Shown here: piece by piece, positions 57,105 to 64,000 of the stretch | Layout of the letters: every line of letters begins with the position of its first letter | How positions within the stretch are numbered: position 1 is the first letter of the stretch | Source of the DNA: an uncultured Clostridia bacterium | GTDB lineage: Bacteria > Bacillota > Clostridia > Christensenellales > UBA1242 | Direction of reading: 5' to 3' | Length of the DNA stretch: 64,000 bases | Assembly (NCBI GenBank): GCA_934754355.1 | Contig: CAKVID010000001.1 | Span: 82,269-146,268 of the forward strand | Program-made: the position numbers and the translations under genes | Notes under the pieces: generated by a model | What the model saw: the letters and a program-made list of their open reading frames with translations, nothing else | Databases searched by the model: none | Told to the model about the DNA's origin: nothing

Positions 57105-57392
57105 AACATTATGAGAGAAGACAAGTAACTAATTATTCAATAAGTACAGAGAGTGTAAGGTGATGAGATTTACGCAAAATAATAATTTAGTGAAACCACT
57201 TTTTGAGTGTAGCAGAGACCAAACTGTTTTAATTATTTTGGTATAAAGTGGGTTTTGTATAAACCAAATAAGGTGGAACCGCGGAGTTCTTTGAATTCTC
57301 GTCCTTATGTAATATTTGTGCGTAAATGGACGATAATCAACTAAATATTGAATTAATATCCTTTACGAACAAATGCGTGAAGGATTTTTTGT
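57105..57392 (+). promoter_or_regulatory. T-box riboswitch leader (threonine specifier ACC)
   Basis: Stem I elements are present (AGAGA, AGAGAGTG...GGTGATGAG). The specifier-like GAA-ACC-A lies at 57191-57197. T-box motif AAGGTGGAACCGCG is at 57270-57283, with the 7-nt bulge TGGAACC. Terminator stem atcctttacg / cgtgaaggat plus T6 is at 57358-57390. Confidence 0.85.
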
Positions 57393-57416
57393 TGAAAAAT
57401 GAAAGGAGAAATAATT

Positions 57417-59186
57417 ATGAACGAAAAAGATGAAAAGCAGATGATGTACAGACATAGTATGAGCCATATTCTAGCAAAGGCTATCAAAGAATTATATGGC
57501 AAAGATAATGTCAAATTGGCTATTGGGCCAGCAATTGATAATGGATTTTATTATGATTTCGATTTGGAGAAACCACTATCAGATAGTGACTTTGAAACAA
57601 TTGAAAACAAAATGAAAGAAATTATTGAGAGAAATGAAGATTTTAAGAGAGTTGAAGTAAGCAGAGATGAAGCACTTAAATTATTCAAAAATGAACCTTA
57701 TAAAACTGAGTTGATTAATGAATTAGAAGATAATGCTGTTATCTCAATTTATTACACTGGAGAAGATTTTGTAGACCTTTGCAGAGGCCCTCATGTTGAG
57801 AATTCTAAATTTTTGCGTGGATTTGCATTCAAAATCAATAGAGTAAGTGGTGCTTACTGGAAAGGCTCAGAGAAGAATAAAATGCTTCAAAGAGTATATG
57901 TATATGGTTTCTTAGATAAGGCAGATTTGAAGGTATATATGCATCAAATGGAAGAAGCATTGAAAAGAGACCATAATAAATTAGGTAGAGATTTAGGATA
58001 CTTTACAACTGTAGATTATATCGGTCAAGGTCTTCCTATCATGCTTCCTAAGGGTGCAAGAGTTATTCAATTGCTTCAGAGATTTGTAGAAGATGAAGAA
58101 CAGAAGAGGGGTTGGTTACTAACTAAAACTCCATTTATGGCAAAAAGTGATTTGTATAAAATATCTGGTCACTGGGACCATTACAAAGAAAACATGTTTA
58201 TACTTGGCGATGAGACTAAAGATAAAGAAGTATTTGCATTACGCCCAATGACTTGTCCTTTCCAATATCAAGCATACTTGAATGAGCCAAGATCATACAA
58301 AGATTTGCCTTTGAGATATAATGAAACATCTACACTATTTAGAAATGAAGCAAGTGGAGAGATGCATGGACTTATTCGTGTAAGACAATTTACAATTTCT
58401 GAAGGCCACTTGATGTGTACTCCAGAACAATTGGAACAAGAATTCAGAAGTTGTCTAGAACTTGCAATATTCTTCTTGAAGACACTTGGTCTTTATGAAG
58501 ACGCATCATATAGATTTTCACAATGGGATCCAAATAATAGAGAGAAATATATTGGAACTAAAGAACAATGGGACGAAGCACAAGGAATTATGGGCAAAAT
58601 ACTTGACCATCTAAAAATTCCTTATGAAATCGGTATTGGCGAAGCTGCATTCTATGGCCCAAAACTAGATATCCAACTTAAGAATGTTTGGGGTAAGGAA
58701 GATACGGCTATTACTATTCAGATTGACCAAATGCTTGCAGAAAAATTTGGTATGGAATATACAGACAAAGATGGATCTAAGAAAATTCCTTATATTATTC
58801 ACAGAACTAGTCTTGGCTGTTATGAGAGAACTCTTGCATATCTTATTGAAAAATTTGCTGGTGCATTCCCAACTTGGCTTGCACCTACTCAAGTTAAAAT
58901 TCTAAATATTGCCGATGCTCATCTTGACTATGCTAGATTGGTTAAAGAGAAATTGGAAGCAAATGGTGTTAGAGTAGAATTAGACGATAGAAATGAGAAG
59001 ATTGGCAAGAAAATTCGTGACGCACAACTTGAGAAAGTTCCATATTCTCTAATTGTTGGAGATAATGAAATGAATTCTAATTCTGTAGCAGTTAGAAAGA
59101 GAAGCGTGGGAGATCAAGGTGCTATGGCTTTGGACGAATTTATTAATAAAATTATGGAAGAGATTAGAACTAAATCTTTAAATTAA
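57417..59186 (+). CDS. thrS: Threonyl-tRNA synthetase (lacks the N-terminal TGS domain)
   Basis: 589 aa from the ATG after AAAGGAG. It begins at the editing-domain motif (YRHSMSHILAKAIKELYG), and the class II catalytic core and anticodon-binding domain are present. Confidence 0.93.
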   Translation: MNEKDEKQMMYRHSMSHILAKAIKELYGKDNVKLAIGPAIDNGFYYDFDLEKPLSDSDFETIENKMKEIIERNEDFKRVEVSRDEALKLFKNEPYKTELINELEDNAVISIYYTGEDFVDLCRGPHVENSKFLRGFAFKINRVSGAYWKGSEKNKMLQRVYVYGFLDKADLKVYMHQMEEALKRDHNKLGRDLGYFTTVDYIGQGLPIMLPKGARVIQLLQRFVEDEEQKRGWLLTKTPFMAKSDLYKISGHWDHYKENMFILGDETKDKEVFALRPMTCPFQYQAYLNEPRSYKDLPLRYNETSTLFRNEASGEMHGLIRVRQFTISEGHLMCTPEQLEQEFRSCLELAIFFLKTLGLYEDASYRFSQWDPNNREKYIGTKEQWDEAQGIMGKILDHLKIPYEIGIGEAAFYGPKLDIQLKNVWGKEDTAITIQIDQMLAEKFGMEYTDKDGSKKIPYIIHRTSLGCYERTLAYLIEKFAGAFPTWLAPTQVKILNIADAHLDYARLVKEKLEANGVRVELDDRNEKIGKKIRDAQLEKVPYSLIVGDNEMNSNSVAVRKRSVGDQGAMALDEFINKIMEEIRTKSLN

Positions 59187-59200
59187 ATTGAATACTAACA

Positions 59201-59240
59201 AAAAAGTTTAAGCGTAAAATTCTTGCTTAAACTTTTTTTG
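59201..59240 (+). terminator. Terminator after thrS
   Basis: Stem agtttaagc / gcttaaact followed by T7. Confidence 0.75.
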
Positions 59241-59424
59241 ATATAAAATGCTAGTATTTTTTTAAAATTTAAAATAATTTGCTATTAGTACATATTATAA
59301 ATATAATATTAGTATATATTAAAATAGGAATTTTATGCCAAAAAATTATTTTGTTTATAAATTTTAGTTGTTAAAAAAATCTTTTGTATGTATAATCAAA
59401 TAGTATTTAAAAAGGTAGGTGTCT

Positions 59425-60957
59425 ATGCTAGCAACTATTAAAAGTTATGGTCTTAATGGAATTGATGGTTATTTAATTAAGTGCGAAATAGATATCAATC
59501 AAGGGCTTCCGGGTTATGACATCGTTGGGTTAGTTGGAACATCTATCAAAGAAAGTAAAGAGAGAGTTAAGTCTGCTATCAAAAATTCGGCTCTTCAATA
59601 TCCAATTATCAAGGTTACAGTCAATCTTGCACCTGCAGACACCAAGAAAGAAGGTCCAGTATATGATTTGCCAATTGCAATAGGTATTCTGGCTGCTTCT
59701 GAACAAGTAAAATTAGATAAACTCAAAGACTTTATTATTCTAGGCGAATTGGGTCTTGATGGCGGAGTAAGAAAAATTAACGGTGTTCTTCCTATCCTTA
59801 TAAGTGCTAGACTTGATGGATATACCAAAGTAATTATTCCCAAAGCAAATTGCACAGAGGCTAGTTTTATTGAAGGAATGGAAATATACGGAGTAGAAAA
59901 TCTAAAACAAACACTAGATTTTCTAAATGGAGATATTCAAATTACTCCTACTGAACATAGTGACTTTGACGATATACGCAGAAATAAAAAGAAATCTCTA
60001 GACTTTAAATATGTTAAAGGTCAAGCCCAAGCCAAAAGAGCATTAGAAATTGCGGCAGCGGGTGGACATAATGTACTAATGATAGGACCTCCGGGAAGTG
60101 GAAAAACAATGCTTGCTAAATGTTTTCCTAGTATTTTGCCAGAACTAACATTTGAAGAAGCACTAGAAGTAACCAAAATACATAGTATTGCGGGGGTTCT
60201 AGATAGCAAAGAAGGAATTGTAGTGAGTAGACCTATAAGATGTCCTCATCATACTGCTACAACTCTAGCATTAACGGGTGGCGGAAGCAAAGCCAAGCCC
60301 GGAGAGATAAGTTTGGCTCATACGGGAGTATTATTCTTAGATGAAATGCCTGAGTATAATAGGAATAGTTTAGAAACTCTTAGACAACCGTTAGAAGATG
60401 GGGTTATAACTATTTCTAGAGTTGATGCAACTGTGCAATATCCTGCTAATTTCACATTGATTGCTAGCATGAACCCTTGTCCTTGTGGAAATTATGGTTC
60501 TAAAGACAAAGAATGCAAATGTACACCACAAGCGATTAAGAAGTATCTTAATAGACTTTCTGGCCCACTAATGGATAGAATAGATATGCATATCGAAGTA
60601 GATAGCGTGTCTTATGATGAACTTAGGTCAGAAGAATTGGAAGAATGTAGTGCAGATATTAAGAAGAGGGTAGATAAAGCAAGAGAAATACAATTGCAGA
60701 GATACAAAGATAGTGGTGTTTATTCCAATGCTAAAATGAATGACCACATGGTTAAGAAATACTGTAAAATTAGTGAAGCAAGTGACCAAATGTTAAGATA
60801 TGCTTTTGAAAAATTGAATTTAAGTGCTAGGGCATATTCCAGAATACTGAAAGTTGCAAGAACTATCGCAGATTTGGAAGGAAGCGAAGATGTCCTTGAT
60901 GAACATATAATTGAGGCAATATCTTATAGAACACTTGATAATAAATATTGGGGATAA
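59425..60957 (+). CDS. comM: Mg-chelatase-like AAA+ protein YifB/ComM
   Basis: About 510 aa with a Lon-protease-like N-domain, Walker A GPPGSGKTM and Walker B LFLDEMPE, plus a C-terminal Mg_chelatase_C region. Confidence 0.88.
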   Translation: MLATIKSYGLNGIDGYLIKCEIDINQGLPGYDIVGLVGTSIKESKERVKSAIKNSALQYPIIKVTVNLAPADTKKEGPVYDLPIAIGILAASEQVKLDKLKDFIILGELGLDGGVRKINGVLPILISARLDGYTKVIIPKANCTEASFIEGMEIYGVENLKQTLDFLNGDIQITPTEHSDFDDIRRNKKKSLDFKYVKGQAQAKRALEIAAAGGHNVLMIGPPGSGKTMLAKCFPSILPELTFEEALEVTKIHSIAGVLDSKEGIVVSRPIRCPHHTATTLALTGGGSKAKPGEISLAHTGVLFLDEMPEYNRNSLETLRQPLEDGVITISRVDATVQYPANFTLIASMNPCPCGNYGSKDKECKCTPQAIKKYLNRLSGPLMDRIDMHIEVDSVSYDELRSEELEECSADIKKRVDKAREIQLQRYKDSGVYSNAKMNDHMVKKYCKISEASDQMLRYAFEKLNLSARAYSRILKVARTIADLEGSEDVLDEHIIEAISYRTLDNKYWG

Positions 60958-60958
60958 T

Positions 60959-62056
60959 ATGTATAGTAAAACAGAAAAAGTTATAATGTGGTTAACCACC
61001 TTTGATTTTATGACATATAAGAAAGCAAGAGAAATATTGGATAATATCGAGGATTTGGAAGATTTTTTTGATAATTTAGATAATTACAAAAGTGAACTTC
61101 TGAAAGCATTTACTGACAAGGAATACTCTGAACTTAAGATGAACAATAATCTTGTATATATTGATAGGTGTATTGTTAATTACGATAAATTAGGAATAGA
61201 AGTTGTTACTTGCAGAAGTTCAGATTATCCCGAACTATTGAAAGAAACGGGAGCGTTCCCAATTCTTCTTTATTGCAAAGGAGATGTTAAATTACTTAAA
61301 TCTGAGTGTTTGGGTGTGGTAGGTTCTAGAAGGGCTACTAAGTATGGTCAAACAATAGGTGGCAAAATTGTTAAAGATGTTGCAGTCAATAATATTACTA
61401 TTGTAAGTGGACTAGCAGAAGGAATAGATACTATTGCTCACAAATCTTGCTTGGAAGTAGAAGGTAAGACGATAGCAGTATTAGGTGGCGGGCTTCTTAA
61501 TATTTTCCCTAGTTCTAATATTGCTTTGGCTGAAGATATTGTATTAAAAGGTGGTTTGATTGTATCTGAATACAAGCCGAATGAACCATCTCTTACTTAT
61601 CATTTCCCTGTAAGAAATAGAATTATTGCGGGACTTAGTAAAGCAGTACTTGTAGTAGAGGCTACTGAGAAAAGCGGAAGTATGCACACCAAGAATTTTG
61701 CTCTAGATTATAATAGAGAAGTATTTGCTCTACCTGCTAGAGTTAATGATATTTATTCGGTGGGTTGTAACAAAATAATCCAGAATGGACAAGCAAGAAT
61801 GTTGCTTAGTTCTAGTGAGATTATTGATTTTTATGGCAAAAAAGATAAAACCCATAAGAAAGAGAAATTGATAGAATTATCTATGGACGAACAACTTATC
61901 TATGATAATTTGAAAGGTCAAGAATTACATTTTGATGATTTGATTAAATCGACAGGTATGGAAACTAAAATTTTATCTACCATGCTTATGCGTATGGAAA
62001 TCAAAGGGATTGTTGAGAAACACCCTGGCAATTATTATGTAATAAAGAGTAATTAA
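60959..62056 (+). CDS. dprA: DNA processing protein DprA (Smf)
   Basis: Rossmann-like DprA core (VVGSRRATKYG ... SGLAEGIDTIAH ... SGSMHT) and a C-terminal winged-helix. Start at the ATG just after the comM stop. Confidence 0.88.
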   Translation: MYSKTEKVIMWLTTFDFMTYKKAREILDNIEDLEDFFDNLDNYKSELLKAFTDKEYSELKMNNNLVYIDRCIVNYDKLGIEVVTCRSSDYPELLKETGAFPILLYCKGDVKLLKSECLGVVGSRRATKYGQTIGGKIVKDVAVNNITIVSGLAEGIDTIAHKSCLEVEGKTIAVLGGGLLNIFPSSNIALAEDIVLKGGLIVSEYKPNEPSLTYHFPVRNRIIAGLSKAVLVVEATEKSGSMHTKNFALDYNREVFALPARVNDIYSVGCNKIIQNGQARMLLSSSEIIDFYGKKDKTHKKEKLIELSMDEQLIYDNLKGQELHFDDLIKSTGMETKILSTMLMRMEIKGIVEKHPGNYYVIKSN

Positions 62057-62073
62057 AAGAATTTAGGAGAATT

Positions 62074-64000
62074 ATGAAACTAGTAGTTATTGAAGGTGTC
62101 GGCAAGAAAGACACTATCAAAAAATATTTGGGTAGTGATTATGAGGTAGTTGCTACCAAAGGTCATGTGCGTGACCTACCTCAGAAAACTATGGGCGTTA
62201 ATGTTAAGAATAATTTTGAAATGCAATATACAATAATGCCAGACAAACAAGATATAGTTAAGATGTTAAAAGAGAAAGCCGCTAAAGCAGATAAAATATA
62301 TTTAGCGACCGACCCGGATAGAGAGGGAGAAGCAATTAGTTGGCATTTATGTAATATACTTGGATTAAATCCTAGTGACCCAATTAGAATAGAATTTAAT
62401 GAAATCACTAAGAATGCTATTAATAAAGGATTAGAACACCCTAGAGGAATTAATCTAAATCTAGTAAATGCGCAACAAACAAGAAGAGTTATAGATAGGC
62501 TTGTGGGTTATAGGGTATCTCCTAAGGCTTGCAAGGCAATACAACCTAATCTTTCGGCCGGTAGAGTTCAGAGTGTTGCTCTAAGACTTGTTGTAGATAG
62601 AGAGAATGAAATAAGAAATTTTGTACCTCAAGAGTATTGGTCAGTTATAGCCAATCTTAATAAAGAGAATTCAGAGATATTCAAAGCAAGCCTTGCTAAG
62701 TACAAGAATAAAAAGATAGTGCCAGCAAGCAAAGAAGAAGTAGATAAAATACTAGAGAATTTGAAAGATGGCAGTTACGAAGTAGGTAATGTCAAGAAAT
62801 CTCTTACTAAAGTACACCCATCTGCACCATTTACTACAAGTACTATGCAACAAGACGCTTTGAATAAAATTGGATTGTCTCTAAAGAAAGTAACTTCTTG
62901 CGCACAACAATTGTATGAAGGTGTTGAGATTGGAAACGAAGGTAAAGTGGCACTAATCACATACATCAGAACAGATAGTGTCAGAGTTGCACCAGAAGCA
63001 CAGAAAGCAGCAAGAGATTATATAATTAATAACTTTGGCAAAGAATATGCGCCAGATAATTATAATCAGTACAAAGTTAAATCTTCTGCCCAAGATGCAC
63101 ACGAGGCAATAAGACCTATTTCTCTAGATAGAACACCTCAATCTGTTAAGGAATATCTAAGTCCAGAGAATTATAAATTATATAAATTGATATACAACAA
63201 ATTTGTTGCAAGTCAGATGACTGATGCTACATTTAATTCAGTTAGTGTAGAGATTAATAATAATGATTATACTTTCAAATGTAACGGGAAGACACCTGTA
63301 TTTGATGGATTTATGAAAATATATAATTCAGCCAAAAAAGAGAAAGATAAAACAAAAGATGAAGAAGAAGACGAAAGCGAGAACGCAAAACTTCCAGAAA
63401 TGAAAGAGGGCGATATTCTTAATTTCGTAGATATGATTACTACACAGAAATTTACTAAGCCTGCTCCTAGATATACTGAAGCGTCTTTGGTTAAGGAAAT
63501 GGAAGAGAAAGGAATAGGTAGACCCGCTACTTATACTCCTACAATTACATTGCTTTCTAGCAGAAAATATGTTGAGAAAGATGGTAAATATCTAAAGCCT
63601 ACAGAATTAGGAGAGAAATTAATAGATTTCTTGGTTAAGGGGTATGAAGGATTATTCAATGTTAATTTCACTGCAGATATGGAAAGCAAACTAGATGAAA
63701 TTGCTAATAACGGATTGGATTATCTACCTGTTATGAAGAAATTTAATGATTATCTAGAAAAATTAGTAGGTCAACCTGTTGAACCTGAGCATACAGGCAT
63801 AATGTGTGAGAAATGTGGTCACGAAATGGTTAAGAGGGTTAGTAAATACGGAGAATTCTTGGCTTGTAGTAATTATCCAGAATGCAAAAATATTCATAAT
63901 ATAGTCAAAAAAGTTGGTATTTGCCCTAAGTGTGGTGGCGAAGTTATAGAGAGGAAGTCCAAAAATGGTAAGATTTTCTATGGCTGTAATAATTATCCTA
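62074..64000 (+). CDS. topA: DNA topoisomerase I (partial, continues past the window end)
   Basis: Absent from the ORF track because there is no stop in the window. MKLVVIEGVGKKDTIKKYLG (Toprim), ATDPDREGEAISWH, a QQ..RITYIRTDS-like active-site region (LITYIRTDS) and C-terminal Zn ribbons (CEKCGHEM, CPKCGGEV). RBS AGGAGA. Confidence 0.93.
   Translation, partial: MKLVVIEGVGKKDTIKKYLGSDYEVVATKGHVRDLPQKTMGVNVKNNFEMQYTIMPDKQDIVKMLKEKAAKADKIYLATDPDREGEAISWHLCNILGLNPSDPIRIEFNEITKNAINKGLEHPRGINLNLVNAQQTRRVIDRLVGYRVSPKACKAIQPNLSAGRVQSVALRLVVDRENEIRNFVPQEYWSVIANLNKENSEIFKASLAKYKNKKIVPASKEEVDKILENLKDGSYEVGNVKKSLTKVHPSAPFTTSTMQQDALNKIGLSLKKVTSCAQQLYEGVEIGNEGKVALITYIRTDSVRVAPEAQKAARDYIINNFGKEYAPDNYNQYKVKSSAQDAHEAIRPISLDRTPQSVKEYLSPENYKLYKLIYNKFVASQMTDATFNSVSVEINNNDYTFKCNGKTPVFDGFMKIYNSAKKEKDKTKDEEEDESENAKLPEMKEGDILNFVDMITTQKFTKPAPRYTEASLVKEMEEKGIGRPATYTPTITLLSSRKYVEKDGKYLKPTELGEKLIDFLVKGYEGLFNVNFTADMESKLDEIANNGLDYLPVMKKFNDYLEKLVGQPVEPEHTGIMCEKCGHEMVKRVSKYGEFLACSNYPECKNIHNIVKKVGICPKCGGEVIERKSKNGKIFYGCNNYP

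Overview
AT-rich chromosomal segment (about 30% GC by eye) from an endospore-forming Bacillota genome. The standard code applies: TGA is used as a stop (fmt, DUF1667 gene) and Trp is TGG. Most of the window is core housekeeping, arranged in blocks that mirror Bacillus subtilis gene order as I recall it. The blocks are: rnj-trmR-trhP; pro-sigK; rnpB RNA; rarA; lepA-hemW-hrcA-grpE-dnaK-dnaJ; an NAD salvage module; rsmE-mtaB-hit-rpsU; pcrA-ligA; rpoZ-priA-def-fmt-rsmB-rlmN-rsgA-rpe-spoVM, then rpmB on the opposite strand, then yloU-yloV. These are followed by tRNA-Val/Gly; xth; a PAP2 phosphatase; tRNA-Ser; tRNA-Leu/Cys; dCMP deaminase; a glycerol catabolism cluster; ytxC-Tbox-thrS; and comM-dprA-topA (topA runs off the window end). 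I saw no rRNA, CRISPR array, transposase or intact integrase. The only clearly accessory stretch is about 44.6-49.3 kb, between tRNA-Ser and tRNA-Leu/Cys. Most notable observations: (1) A Rho paralog (47604-48833) keeps the Rho N-terminal and RNA-binding modules and an alignable motor domain, but has lost Walker A and the Walker B Asp and is C-terminally truncated. (2) A 56-nt direct repeat of the tRNA-Ser 3' part, starting in the anticodon loop, brackets a 1.1-kb integrase-less islet that carries desulfoferrodoxin. A 21-nt 5' tRNA duplicate and an inverted D-arm copy lie upstream of the same tRNA. (3) An unannotated 26-codon spoVM sits in the expected syntenic slot. (4) rsgA has a conserved N-terminus that can only be translated from a non-canonical ATT (or ATA) start. 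(5) The threonyl T-box leader seems to need a relay helix between antiterminator and terminator. Everything rests on reading the sequence and on recalled family motifs. No database search or folding computation was run, and RNA and regulatory coordinates are approximate to a few nt.
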